A program made the position numbers and the translations under genes. Shown here in pieces: positions 43,801 to 58,800 of a DNA stretch of 64,000 nt (its first letter is position 1; the number at the start of each line of letters is the position of its first letter). The notes under the pieces are model-generated. The model was not told where the DNA came from and did no database searches. It saw only the letters and a list, made by a program, of their open reading frames with translations. This DNA is from Phoronis australis (lineage: Eukaryota > Animalia > Phoronida): NCBI GenBank assembly GCA_002633005.1, contig NMRA01000380.1, positions 369,131 to 433,130 on the forward strand, read 5' to 3'.

Positions 43801-46800
43801 TCCATCGAAACTCACTAATTTCACAAAAATCCGGCAGGGGCTTAGGAGAAACAGCAGCGGATGCAAAAAAAAACAAACTGCAACTAAAGGGCGAAACTTC
43901 CAAAATCATTGTCAGCTAAGCTCCTCTCTGTAAGAACACATTTACCAAATTTTCATAACCATGCTTAGAGTGGTTTGACTGATAGAAATGGATGCCAAAA
44001 ATCACACTCAAAATAACAAAAACAGTCACTAGAAGGTGCACTCTATGTCAAATCTATCTGAAAACAATGCCCAATGCTGAAATGTGCCCATGACAGCAAC
44101 GCAAACATTGTGCATCTAGGGGTGTTAATTAGTGTCAAAAATGGAGACTAGGTGGCGAAAAATCCAACCCAAAATAGATAGATCATAACAGAAACTTGTT
44201 TAGAATACCACATTTCAATAAAAACCGTCAAAGATCTGCGAAGATGCAAACGTAAAAACTAAAATAAGTGCTTCTAGGTAGTACAGCAATAAGTCAAAAC
44301 CGTCCAATAGTCTTAGGTGACCGTAGTCACATTCATAATATAAACTTAATTCTTGTAAAACTTCACAAAGATCTTTCAAAGGTGTAAGGAGATACAGCGG
44401 AAGAAGCAAACAAGACAAAAATCACACCAGGAATCGTCACAGTTGTCAAATCCGTCCACAAATCAACGTCTTCTAATCAAGAACAAAAAGCCACTTGAAA
44501 AATAGAAATAGCTATGAGGTGATGCAAATTTACATCAAATCCATACAAAACTGGAAGACTATCATCATCTATTTAATAGAAACCGATTTGTCAAATTTCA
44601 CGAAAATTCATCCATGAACTCCGAAAATATAGAGGCAAACGGAAACAACTAAAACTGCCACTAGGGGGCACACTGGTAGTCGAATGGGTCTGAAATGCAT
44701 CACAAAATGTTGTCAGCTCCATAGGAACACGTCTGCCAAATTTCACAAAGATCCTCTAAAAGGTTAAAGAGACAGAGTCGTAGACGAAAAAACGCCACTA
44801 CCAGGCACCAATGTAGTGGAATCTATCCGAACCTCAACGTCAGACATGTCCTTCTGATCAGAAACACATCTGCCAGTTTTCACAACGATCCTCCAAGTAG
44901 TTTGGCCAATAGAAAGGCGGACGCCAAAAAAAGACTTGAAACTTAAAAATTCCCACTAGGAGGCACGCAATACATAAAATTTCTCCAAAAATGGAAAGGC
45001 ATTCTCATCACCTTAATAGAAACCTATTTGCTAAGTTTCATAAAATCCATCAATGAACTCCAAAGATACACAGGAAAACGTAAAAAATAAAAATTCGACA
45101 CACCAATCATCAGATTGGGCTGAAACTTGTCATCATCTGTTCTCAACTCCATCGAAACATATCTGCTTCACTAAGTTCCTGCAAAGGGTAACGTTGGTAC
45201 AGCCGTGGATGCAAAATGAAACAAAATCTCCAATAGAAGACGCTGTAGTAGTCAAACATGCTCAAAAATCAACGTCATCTGCAGTCTCCTCATCAGAAAC
45301 TCACCTGTCAAGTGAAGTACAAGCAGAATTCACTGCCCCAGTAGCTAGAATGACCGGTCATGATGAGGAAACGGTATTTTGTCCAAATACTTCAGTCTCT
45401 TCTGTTAGTATCAAAATAAAATCAGACAAATACAATCCACTTACCTGTCTGGGGTGTAAGCCAGCACACTTTCAATGAAGTCCAAAACGTGAGGGGAAAA
45501 CTTTGGGTGATCTGTTAACAACTTGACTAGGAAACTAAAAATAAAATGTTAAAGACAATAAAAAAACGTGATAAAAAGCTCAAACGCAAACAGTGCTGCA
45601 TTAAAATCTCTCCAATTTCAGGACACAATATGGCCGACAAGTGAACTTTTTCTTCATCATTTTTTACACGAAAGATAAGTAGCACCAAACTAAATGCTTT
45701 TCCACGTTCAAGTTTTGTCCAATAGCTACTAATCATACAATGTTGTAGAAAATTGTAAGCAGTGAAAACAGTGTTAGAAGTCTTTGAAAATGAAAGGGGA
45801 GATTTTTGGCAAATTGTTTTTTTTTACCCAAAACTATTGAGATTTTACCATAAATGCACTGAAGACATTTTTAGAAAGAGTTTAAGTCATGGTCTATTTT
45901 GTCCTACTTAATCAAAGGTTTCTATTGCGACAATCCACACTGATGAATTTGTCATTGCCGCAAAGTAACAATTCAAATAAAACTAAAGCTTAAAACAACC
46001 AATCTACGGACTCAATACCCCTCAAGGTAAGGCAAAATTTAACAGGTGTAAATACTATGAAATACTTCAGAAGAAATAAGGCAAAACTCTTGGCACTTCC
46101 TACCTTTCAATATGTTCATCAAGTGCTGCTACCTGGTGGTCAGCATGAAAGTTAAATAGCACCCTAAAGATGGCGACACTGCGGCGGCCAGCAGCACCAT
46201 TCAATGCAGGCTTGTGAAGGCACACCAAGGCATCCATCAACAACTTCCATGAGGAATCGTCTGAAAATATTGGAAAACCATAAAACACTATTATTAACTG
46301 ACAAACCTAATAACAAGATAACAGAATAACAGTTGACAATGCCCTTCTAATTACATGAGTCTCTGATAGAACAGATGAGTCACTTGTTTTTCACTGCTGA
46401 GGGTATCGCCAAATTCAATTCCTATAAAGGTACCCGCAAACAAAGATGAAGTATAGAATGGAACAGGATGCGATTTAATTTCCTATTTGCTGCATTTTGA
46501 ACAAATACTTTCACTTAAGATGCATTTCATCCAAAAATTAGATTAGACCTGTTGCTATGTAGTGTTTTCTTGAGCAGCTAAACAATGTGAAATGCAGCTT
46601 TTAAGTCACTAAAAACCATGTTCTGGATGTTAAAACCGTCAATTTTCTTCAGAGTCATAACGGCTCTTCCAGGGCAATGTATGCATCAATTTCCTTTGTT
46701 TCAACTAATGAGTTTCAATAAATTGCCTGGAATTCCCCCTGATGGTCATACTAAGTTAGCAATTGAAAGGAACCTGTCATGACCACTATTTTAACAGACC

Positions 46801-49800
46801 TGGTCAGAAGCAATAACGACCTGTCAATTCTCCTCTAAAATAGAGATCAATTTTAATAAGGAATCAGATCAGATTAATTTTATCTGACCTTAAGTGACCT
46901 CAAGAAAAGTTTGTTTTTACAGAAGATGAGGGTTTATTGCCCCTTTAAAAAGTGCTGAAGAATGCAATATAAAGCATGAACGTGTTGTATACCTTGACGT
47001 GGAGAGTGTTTCATTGTTGTGCTGATTATCTGCAGTTTCTTAACCTGCTCGTCAGCGCAGTCGAATATGCGAGGGAAGAGGGACGAGGAGTCCAGATGAG
47101 TAAGCAGCTTGTCTCTGTCATCGCCAATCTGACATACAAGAGTGTGGAATCCAATAACAGACAAAGAACCTCTTTGATCTTGTTTCAGTGTGATTCCACA
47201 GTATTTGTCTCCTCCGTTAACGCACAAAAATACTAACAGAATACGTTTCCAAAAGACGACTGCTATATCTTCACTATAAAGAGACAACAACTGTGGAGTT
47301 GACTAGACCATCAAACTGAACGAATACTCGATTATTTGACATTTTTTCGTTGTAATGGAGTAAGCAAGCACAATGAAACACAGTTATTAATAAATAAGTT
47401 TATTATACAACAAAGAAGCGATAGCTGGCTTCCTGGTGCCCTCCTTTTTCCCTTCCTCCCCCCTCCCTCGATGTCAATGCTGCCAGTTGTGTTCACAACT
47501 GTCAACATGGCCATGAATAATGGCATTCCACCCAGCTTAATATCGTAACAGCTCTTGAAACACTCAAGTGAAACTATTATATCTACAAAACGTTGTTGCT
47601 GTACATTTACCTTTCTGTCCATAAATGCCTTGATCCACTCCAGGTAGAGTAAACATTCAGCCACAGTTAGGCAGGGGCTGTTAGATGCCAGCACAAGCCG
47701 CTGGTGTAGTTCATTGCTTTCACTGTCAGAGAACAGGTCACTACCAAATCGTAGCTGAAAAGGAGATAGTAAGCCTGGATTGCTATCAGGTTCTTCCACA
47801 GACGGCAGTCACTTGAAGCTATGTATAGTGAAGATCACGGCAAGATCTGTGAACCTTGAAGTGAGGTTGAGCGTGCACAATTTGGCCTCACAATTAATGA
47901 TGCTACTATGTTGAGACAACAACTTGAGCTCACAACTAATGACGCTACTATGTTGGGACACACACAATTTGGGCTCACAACTAATCACGCTACTATGTTG
48001 GGACATATACAATTTGAGCTCACAACTAATCACGCTACTATGTTGGGATCGCACAACTTGGGCTCACAACTAACGACGCCACTACATTGGAACACGTGCG
48101 TATTTCAATTGACCTTTTTGCTGATACTGAAAATCAATGCAGGCACATCCCAAAGCAGATCAAGGTCAAAAATCATCAATTTCAAAATAAAAAGTAAACG
48201 AAGTTAGCACCAAAAACCAGAGGTCCAGTGTACGGTAAAAATTCTATGGTTTGGACAGCCTTCAAAGTTTGGGACACAAAAACTCAAGCAGTAACTGAAT
48301 CCTCTTCATTACAAAGTTACTCTAGATACGTCTGAAAATAGAATAGTCCTTGTCCCAGATTTTGAGAATCAATTTGATGTCTGTTATTCAGTGGAAAAAT
48401 GGTTCTCAAACTGTAGGAGTATAACATGTTCTTACCATATCTTGTTCTTACCTTGAGCTTAAACAAAAGATGTAGCAGTGGTAGGTTTGTAGTAGGCAGA
48501 TACTTCAAGACAAGGGATTTGAATATCTGGAACAAAGAAAAAAACATAGCTATGAACTCACATATTGTCATCATGTCGTGAACACATCCACTACCACAAG
48601 AAACTGTAGGAACATGGCATTTATCCACCTTCACTATTACAGGGCTTCTATTGTGAGTCAGCATGCGTGAATAATTGGCTGATAAGCCACCTATGGAACT
48701 ACTTTTGGCTGAATGGATGACCAGGCAATAAAATAATAGCCAAGACCAGTTAACTAATGCAAAAAGAATAATGTCGTAGCATCACCTAGCCTTGGTGGAA
48801 AGCTGTATACTGTATTGGCTCTAATAAACTCTTAGAAAAATTAATTTCACGGGGAGGGGACGCTTATTGTAGCCTATGCCAGTTGAAAACTGGTTTCCGA
48901 AACGGGTACAATCGGAAGCTAGGATTCATCAAATTTACGCTCTGTGACGTATTTGTAGCCTATGACAGTCTTTCTACAAAATTATGGTGCATTGCTATCA
49001 AACTTCGTTGTTAAATTACGATCATTTTTCAAAAAATTGTGCTGAAATCCTAGGTAAAAAACTTGCCGACTGATACGTCGCTGAATCGCGATCGTCGATA
49101 GGAAAACTTGAATTCTTGAATAAAAATATAGTTTCGACTCAACAAATTACCTGAAATCTTCCTTATGTTTAACAATTTTTTAAGTTCATGTGGAGTACAG
49201 ATTAATTGCAATTAAGTCCAAAACTGTGCTACATCGTACCCCACAACACGAGAAAAATCTCTGGATGAAAACACAGTCATGTTGTTGTCACGTGACGTTT
49301 GTTTTGAAGTTCGTCTGCGTATGAGAGTGAGTGCGTGTGCGGGTCATCGACGACAGACTTTTTTGTTACAAAAGGCGGAGGATTATGCAAGAAAATGTCG
49401 TTTACTAGATTGTTTTTCACTTAAACGGCTGCAACGTGCAAGGTGAGTACTGGTTAACTCACAGATTTTGTGTGCACAGGCCGACGGTCGTTAGCTCTAC
49501 CATGGAGTAAAACATTAATAGTCCAAGGCTCGATCTACATGTCGGGGACGAGGTGATGAGATGACGAGGTGAACTACTCGAGCTGTGTGAAATTTCTGGG
49601 TCTAACGGAGACACTGACGCAGTGGTCAGCCAGCTCACTGTATCAAGACTATAGTCAAAATCCAAATTCGTTTTATCGTGTCCCTGTCAATAATAACGGC
49701 ATGCTAAAGTTTCTTAATGATCGTACTTCAGGAACATAACAATCACATGTTTTGTACACATACGCGCACGCCACAGATCACAACTCGGAAATTTCCGTTT

Positions 49801-52800
49801 GACGGATGACAATGAATGAGCACAATGAAATTAAACAATGTCATTTTACAGCTTGTAAGATTCATAATAAACGTATTTTGAATATTGCAATGCATGTGTT
49901 CCAAAATCTAAATAACTTGGGTCCTATATTTTTGTATTCGTGCGCGCCGAATGAAAGTAATCGTGAATGTTGCTGTGTTGCAAAATCTCTTATCTTGGGC
50001 CGATTTGAAAAATTCTAAGTTTTACTCATATTTGTCTTTGCTCCTCTTTTCAAATATTACAATAAAAACCACGTAAAACTATCTCCATAAAAAGTACAGT
50101 CTGCTAGCAAGATTGTAATCAGCTGATCATATCCGCATGAGCGAAGCCAATTATCCTTGCTCCTGACTCGATGACTAGAGCAGCTTTGCGGCATCCCTTT
50201 GATCGTGAGCCGAGCGCGACTCAGCCAAGGTGGATAAATACGGTCTAGTTCAATCTGCCAAACCCCACCGTTTACCCTGATAGGTGGGGTTTGGGCCAAT
50301 CTTATTTAGTGGGAATGTTTATAGCATGATATAGAAATGCTTGACATTGCCAAAATGGCAATTTTTAATTCTCAGACTTACTCCAGTGCTAAAAATAGAA
50401 TCCAAATTCTACTATGGGCTAATTTTTTGTTGGAGATGCCATCTAGCACATTTAGCAGAGTGACAGAGAGACCCCACCCGCAAGTCAACTTTCCTCAAGC
50501 ACTTCTGATTGGCCATTGTGGACGTATGTGCCACAATATATATTGAAATGAGGTTGAATTTAAGGTTCACTGGTTTTCAATGAAGGATCAGCATGCAATT
50601 ACAAATAATGTTTGTGTTACGCTTATTAAAAAAAAACATTTCAGAATCATTTTGGAGAAAAGCACTCAAATCACTGGCAGATCTAGGATAATGGACAAAG
50701 AAGAGGCATTCATACTAGTCATAAAAATGGTATGCCACCACCGAAAGCTGTTTGACATGGAAAGAGGGGGCCCCTAAATCTGCCAAAGTTGACAAGTCAT
50801 ATGCAAGGAAGAAACGCCTTGATAAACCTACTGAGGGTGAGAGATCGGGAGTTATCTCCACAATGTCAGCCATGATGAGTGCCAAGTTCACAACACAAGG
50901 TGTAGTCAGCATGGGACATAACTCCATGATATCTGATGTGACACGTTTCAGTTCCTGTGTATCAACCTCCTCAGATAAACACTCTTGAAGACTTTGTTGT
51001 TTCACCAAATTTGAGGAGTTTTTCACATGAGGGGGTATCGTCAGAGGCTGCACAAAGAGAAGAATAAGAAATGGATACAAAGAGTTCCCTAATGCTAAAA
51101 TGCAGACTTTGACAAAATGAAGTAAACAACAAATACAAAACTAACGCTTTCCCCTCGACATATCAATATGTCTATGAGCACGAGACGAAAATTTTCAAAA
51201 ATTTCCCAAAGAACATATTAGGTTACAATCAGCACACAAACTAAGTTCCTGTTAATGCTTGAAGTTATGCTGAAAATAGCATTAAGTTACGTAAAACATT
51301 GAGAACGTCTGCACAACAAAGGGGCTAAAGTTAACCGTCCTTTCATTACAACTTTTGACTTAGAGTGCTAAACATTATGGAATACGTTACTTTGAAATTG
51401 TTCTTTAGTCACCAAGGAGATATCGTTGTCATATGCTGACAATGTTGATGTAAACATCTTATTTCATTTACCATGCAAAATGACAATAAGCATACCTTGA
51501 AAGGTTCAATCCTGTTGCATAGCAAGTCATTTATCAAGTTGACATTAGGGGTCTCTGTTGTAACATGTTGGACAGCATTCCGCAATGCGGTGACAAACAG
51601 GATTGCGTAATTTTGAAAGGCTTTCGTATTCTCCTTTCGGCAAATCTGGTTAAAATGTTCCAGCTTGCGGATGAAAATCCCCTGAAGGGAAGATAACATT
51701 TTGTTAGATTTTCACACATGAGTACATTGTAATCACTTCATCATTATAAAATCAAAAAGAAATGAAGAGCTGCTTCGAAGCTGCCTTCTGCCAAACTTCA
51801 GATTTTGACTATGCTCTGTTAAACTGGTCTCTGTACTCATGTTAGACGAGATTTCTTGACTTGGAAAGAACTAGTAATTCATTGCTTGATTCCATGCTCA
51901 GCAATAAAACTGACACGCTGTTACAAGCCAAAGTCTTGAGCTTGGAGAGTTTTACGTAGAATTCGGTTTCTCGAGAGCAAAGCAAATCATGTGAGTGAAA
52001 AAGAAGTGTTTTTTTTTCAGAAGCTCACTAGATCACGCTACTGAACAACTGTGTGCAATCACTCCATTCTAGACACTAAGCTCTTTACAACATGGTCTGC
52101 AATACGCCAATATTTTATTTGACACTTGTATGCGAAGTCCTACATGAATGTAGCTGACTACTACCTTACTATCTTCAAAACTCATGTGTGTATGTCTCAA
52201 CTGGACAGGGAGATTTCCGCCAAGTAAGGCGAAATTTGACTTATGACAAAATCTCAATAATTTGACACAAACTGGTTGATGTTGTTTTCAGCAAATGTGT
52301 TTATTAATGATTGTTCCCTCATGAATTTTTGAACAACTAGCTTTGTGCCCTCCAGATGGAGCTATAAAATGATCCCTCATCTCTTGTATTTGTGCAATGC
52401 ACACGGTGGGTGCATACAAGTACACGACAAATTAAAGTACAGTAATCAGACAAAATGCCGTTTTCTTGAAAAGAAAGCTAATTCTGGGAACAGTGAAAAA
52501 TAGATGGTAATAACAATTACGAGGGTAAAAATGGCTTAGCATTCATACTATCTTGCTTGTTAATGCCCCTTTATTGTCAGTCACAAGGGCAGACGGTAAT
52601 GGTCTAATATAAAGTGCCCGAATTTTGAGAATCAGTTTTCCCAACTAAATAACGGGCATCAAACTGGTTCTCAAAATGAGGGCATATTATATCAGACTAT
52701 TGCTGGGACGACTCCTCTGACAATGAATTTTGCTTCCGCCCAGATATCATAACGGAGAATTCCGGGTCATTTTGTATGAATACTATTGGCTTGTACTGCT

Positions 52801-55800
52801 CACAGTACTTTTTTCACCATGTTTGCCTAAATATGGAAACTCATTTAACATTTACAATCTGTCACGAAAATTTCCTTGACATTACAAAAATTGCTTCTTA
52901 CGGACAAAACACGTCATCTGTGATTAATAGAAGTGGCTCAAACATGGAAACAATTGACAAACCCCCCTCCCAAAAAAAACTGCAATAACACAAGTTTGTC
53001 TGCATTAAAATGATAAATTTCATAATAATTAGGCTATGAGATTGTGACTAGTACATTCACATGGTGAAGAATCAGAGCAAGTGCTGACACAGCGCCACCT
53101 ATACATAGTTTTCTCGTAAACGCGATTACCCAGAATTCAGTTGTAGTCCGCCATCTTTAAAGGCAAGCTTTCGTTGAACGTGTTATCTATTGTACCCATA
53201 TATTTTGTTGCCGATGTCAGTTTTGAAAGAGAAAGGGAACGTCTTAGGCGTAAAGGAAAAGTATAGAGATTCACTGGACAGTGTTACGAGAGCACGGTAT
53301 CTGGAGAAGATACGGGATATCGGCAATCTTGATCCATATGAGATCGAGTCCGTGAAGTGGTGTGCGGTAACGCCAGAGGCAGAGGCCAACGACTTACCCA
53401 ATATTTCCTACCCAGACATTGTTAACTATCTGGTCAACAAACAGAGTGCATATACTTTGGCGGCACTTAAAGCGTATAAGTCTTTAGAGGCTTATAATTA
53501 TTTTGTTTCTGGGTTTGTTCTGGAGTTAAAGGTTAGCAAGACTCCTAACTCCAGGGTAGTGCTCATGGCCAAAGTGAAACATTCACAAAGAATGAATGAT
53601 GCGTCGCTCAAACCTTGGGTTATTGCTGAACAAGATGGCACTGTTGTGTCAGGTCACTGCACATGTATGGCAGGGATTGGGGAAGTCTGCTCGCATGTTG
53701 GTGCTGTGCTATTTGCTGTTGATGCAGTGGTGAAGATTAAGAAAAGCACAACAGTAACTCAAGAAAAGTCGTACTGGTTGCCTTCATCTGCTTCAAAGGT
53801 AAATGTTTTACTTCTTTTTATAACCTCAACATAAGTAAGTGTAAGGTCCACAAAAAGAGTTGGAAATTAAGCTCACTTTTATTACTCGAACAGGCACTTA
53901 CGGAGAGCGTGCGACATTTTGTTTGGTTTTTTGCTCGACAGTAGAAAATTTGGCATTACTCATAATTTTTACCACCAAACAAACAAATTTGATGTACAGA
54001 TCGAAGGTGGCCCTCCATCTTAGAATTTAGGTCATGTTATAAGTTAAAATTTATGGTACTACTTATTTTAAATGTCGACATCAGTCTCGACTGTGGCATC
54101 TCTATGTTGTGATGTTTGGTTTAAGCCCAAGGTGTTCAGGCGACGAAACGTGGGGGTTTGAAAGCGAATTTTTTATATTGGAAGGTGGCCCTTTAGCCAA
54201 ACCTTGGTATTTACCTGATAAGGAACGCTACATTTTGCTGTTTTGAATACGAACGGTTTTCTGTACAAGTCAGAAATGAACAGACTAATTGTAAACATTT
54301 CCCAGTCTTTACTTACATATTGTTCCTGTTGCGCTCAACCATCATAACAAAGTTTCCTCAGGAATATACCAAGCAATGAATAAGATCTTGCTAACTTCTC
54401 ATTTCAGGTTAACTATAAACCAGTGAAGGACATTGACTTCCGCTCTGCGAAGCAACTGAAGCGAACCTTTGATGGTGCATTTGGGTGTCCACAGCCAACG
54501 CCAAAAATGAAGAAGTGCCCCCAAGTGGAGGATCCTTCCAGCGAAGAGCTAACAAAATTTTTTCAGGACATGAAGGACTGTGGGAAGAAACCAGTTGTGT
54601 TGGCTGTTGTCCCTGGATTCTCAGATGATTTTCGGCCTATATCGTTGAGCAAGAAATACCCAAAAGTGTTGTCAGAGCTCTACGACGAGACACTAGCTGC
54701 AGCTCAGCAATCAACGGTTCTTGATCAGTGTGACATGATCTTCAAAAGTATATCTGTGACAAACCAAGAAGTCGTCAATTGCGAGGAGGACACCCGTCTC
54801 CAGGCTGCCACAAAGCAATGGTTTCGCTTCCGAGCTGGTCGTATCACTGCTTCTAAAGCAAAGGCAGTTTGTCGTACGTCTCTCAAAAATCCAGCTAAGA
54901 GCTTGATTCGCGATATTTGCTACCCCAACTCTAAGCCATTTAAAACTGCTGCAACTACTTGGGGCTGTGAGCATGAGAAAAAGGCTCGGGATGATTATCT
55001 TGAAATAATGAAAGCAAATCATGACAACTTCACATTTCGTAACAGCGGACTGGTAATTAGCACCGAGTACCCCTTCATGGGTGCAAGTCCGGATGGTGTA
55101 GCAACTTGTGACTGTTGCGGTGATGTCATCATTGAAATCAAATGCCCCTTCTGTCATAAGGACAAGATCATCGATGATTCAGTTGATTGTTTAGAAATTG
55201 TAAATGGCGAACTTTGTCTGAAGCGCAACCATGCATACTATTACCAAGTGCAGTGCCAGTTACTCGTCACTGGAGCTGAGTGTTGTGATTTTGTTGTCTG
55301 GACGACGAAAGACTTTGTGCACGAGAGAATACTGCACGACACTGAGTTTACTCAGCAAATGGTTAATGACTGTAGTCTATTTTTCAAAAAGGTGATTTTG
55401 CCAGAGTTAGTGGCCAAGTTGTACTCCAGGACACAGACTGTTAGTGTGCAGTAAATACTATACATATACTGATAACTCAAGTTATAGTGCAGTACTGAGA
55501 ATGAGGATGTAGTTATTTTTTCTTCACGCTGATTAGTATTAGTTGTCTGGTTATGCTTTTACATCGTAGTTATTAATAGACATGCTATATTTCACCATTC
55601 TTTTTTCTCATTTCTGAGTGTTTACTGAATGGCCATGTGATGTGTGTCAATATTTCTATCATACATTTCGTTGAAAGCATGACTGGAATAGTTTTAATCA
55701 GGAGTTTAGAATAATTTAGAACTCTGAAAACAGATGTACTTTAAATGAATCTTGGGGAAGAAACAGTCCTGCTTTCAACATAATGTTTCACCATGACAGA

Positions 55801-58800
55801 CTCAGGACTAGAGTAAGTATTCAATATTGCTATAAAAGTACAAAAACAACACCTGGGTAGTGTGTTAGTGCAACTCATTTCTGTATTTACAAAAAGCACT
55901 CCCCTACTACCGTTGACAAATTGACAACAGTTACGAGCAACATAATTCGAGTAGTTGTGTGGTTTACTTCCTGATTTTACAGCAAGTCTTCAACTTTACT
56001 TTTAGTCAAATGGCACTACTGAGTCACACATGTTGATCAGAGCACAGCACACAGTAGTTATCTTATCAATAACAGGCATGTCATTGTTCACAGTGCTCAA
56101 GTAGTCGATGAGAATCGTACTTTGAAGAATTGTATATTTATTCCGCAGAATACCAATAACCCTTTCAACATGTATTCTCAGATGGGCAATTTTCCTCATG
56201 CTTTCCAATTCAAGCGGTGATAACTGAGATTTTCCTTTTGTGAAAGCCGGTATCTTTACTTCAGCACCCTTAAGGCCAACACACTCAGCTATGTCAAAAC
56301 CTCTGTCAGCGAGGACAATATCCCCTGGAAGAAGCTTACTTAGGAAATTGCAATTCAGTGTCATGTGCTTGTCCGACACTCTCCCACCCCAGCCTTCTGA
56401 CAAGAACGAAACTGAGCCTTGTGGGGTGACACCTATTAGATACTTAACAGTGTTGTGGTGCTTATAGTTAGACCATGTCTCCGCACGCGCACGCAAGTTC
56501 GATGGCCTTTCTATGAACAACTCGAAGCAGTCAATAATAACACAGACTTTCAATCCAAAACTTCTACGGAATTCCATTGGCATAGTTTTCCTTAGTTCTT
56601 CTCTTTCTGGCCACACAATAACTGAACGTAACTTTTTGTACAGGACATGTATCACTTCACTAAAAATTTTGGAAGCATTGCTTGTAGAAATACCAAAAAA
56701 ATAGCCAAGTCCCTGGAAGCTGATGTTCTGTCTCAATTTATACAGAGCCAGGATGACTTTATGAAATCTCGTCATGAGTGCTTTTGGTGACGACTGAACA
56801 GAGTCTCCCAGGAAACTGCACAAAGCAGACAGAACACCAAACAAAAGTCCAGTATAATACTTGGTCTTCTCTTCATTGTCGCGAAGAGAATCAAGTGAGA
56901 AAGTTAGTTTAGCCTTGAGTAAACTATTTTCTGACAGCAGTCGCTGAAGCTCACTGTCCACTTGACTTTGATTAAGTGGTTTGTCTGGCACTGATACCTC
57001 CTCAAAATCAACACGGCCCTTTAACTGGAACGAGCAAGGGTTCTTGTCTTCTTCTGTAGAATCAATGGGCACGGCCAGTTGTTCAGTGAATGATAAGTCG
57101 ATCAATGCTTCAGCCACGTGATGCCTTTCCTTTACTTCTAGTCGCTTAGCAGCACGATGAAATCTACAAAGGATTACAAAGGATTGAAAAACCATTAAAA
57201 ATTTAAGACAAAGATACAGTAGTCTTCAAAAGAAGATTGACAAATATCAGCAGATTTCGACTAGTAAGAAGGTTGCCCCATGCTATATTTACACGTAAAC
57301 GTCTAAAATGAAAATTCCGCCATCAGATTCTGTGCATGCTCTCTCGCCGAAAACTGACATATAGTCTTACGCAGTCCTGTGCAAGAATTCAATGTACAGA
57401 ATTCAATGATGTAATTACAAACAACAGGAAAATCAACACCTTAAAAACCAAGGCGTGGGTGTTGAACAGAACGTGACAAAAGGGCATGTAATTGCGATTT
57501 TTAGAACTTGCTGTTTAAAGTTCAAATTGCAGTTTATAGGTTGAATCTAGGAATCACCAAGTTCAATTAAATTATCTACTCTTTCACATAACATGTACCA
57601 AGCTGTATCATGGAGTCTCTAACAAAACTTACAATTATTCACCAAGGCAGTATAACATAAAGACTTCTAATGTGCTACAAGAGGACTAAGTAAGTAATAT
57701 AACATAACATAACCACTTGAACCAAGACAACATGAATTTTACCCGTCTTACTAACGTACCTTTTAACACTTCTGTCAATGTGCCCCTGCTTTTTGGCTGA
57801 CTTGGAAGGCGATCCTAGATGACCAAGCTTCAGTGTAGGAGCCCAATCTGGGTTTGCCTTGTCGTACATCTTTGCTGGTTCACCTAAAATGGTACCAACA
57901 TTTGAAAACAGAAAAAGTGGACCATAACTGACTTGGCTAGTCGGCACGCAACGCTGGCAACTATATACCAATGAAACATTGATTAGTATTGTCATGAATG
58001 TTAAAACCAGTGCATTCCCTCCACAGCACTTGCATTCAATCATGGTTAATGAAAAAATGAAAATCATGANTAATTGCGATTTTTATAGAATTTATGGGTG
58101 GCCTTTAGATGAATGTGGGCGTTAACCCGAGCAATAACGATTGTTTTGAAAAACATCTCTACTAGGTATGCAAACAATATGTAATGAACTATGCAGAATA
58201 GTACAAACTGTATGTTCGCATTTGATGCTTGGTACTCACTCCAGTTAGAACTTGCTGTTTAAAGTTCAAATTGCAGTTTATAGGTTGAATCTAGGAATCA
58301 CCAAGTGCAATTAAATTATCTACTCTTTCACATAACATGTACCAAGCTGTATCATGGAGTCTCTAACAAAACTTACAATTATTCACCAAGGCAGTATAAC
58401 ATAAAGACTTCTAATGTGCTACAAGAGGACTAAGTAAGTAATATAACATAACATAACCACTTGAACCAAGACAACATGAATTTTACCCGTCTTACTAACG
58501 TACCTTTTAACACTTCTGTCAATGTGCCCCTGCTTTTTGGCTGACTTGGAAGGCGATCCTAGATGACCAAGCTTCAGTGTAGGAGCCCAATCTGGGTTTG
58601 CCTTGTCGTACATCTTTGCTGGTTCACCTAAAATGGTACCAACATTTGAAAACAGAAAAAGTGGACCATAACTGACTTGGCTAGTCGGCACGCAACGCTG
58701 GCAACTATATACCAATGAAACATTGATTAGTATTGTCATGAATGTTAAAACCAGTGCATTCCCTCCACAGCACTTGCATTCAATCATGGTTAATGAAAAA

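Noticed and set aside
45053-45478. 141-aa + strand ORF
   Set aside because: Runs through the degenerate repeat array and antisense to an AP5B1 exon; no protein features
46934-47330. Possible LINE reverse transcriptase fragment
   Set aside because: Resolved as an AP5B1 exon (LFPRIFD) with correct splice phases
47876-48085. CRISPR-like or coding repeat
   Set aside because: Contiguous minisatellite without unique spacers, eukaryotic intron, no cas genes
53190-55454. Phage or bacterial contamination, or recent horizontal transfer of YqaJ
   Set aside because: Gene has a spliceosomal intron and lies inside a eukaryotic transposon within a host intron
54711-56704. Antisense ORFs overlapping the two transposon genes
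   Set aside because: Shadow ORFs of real coding sequence
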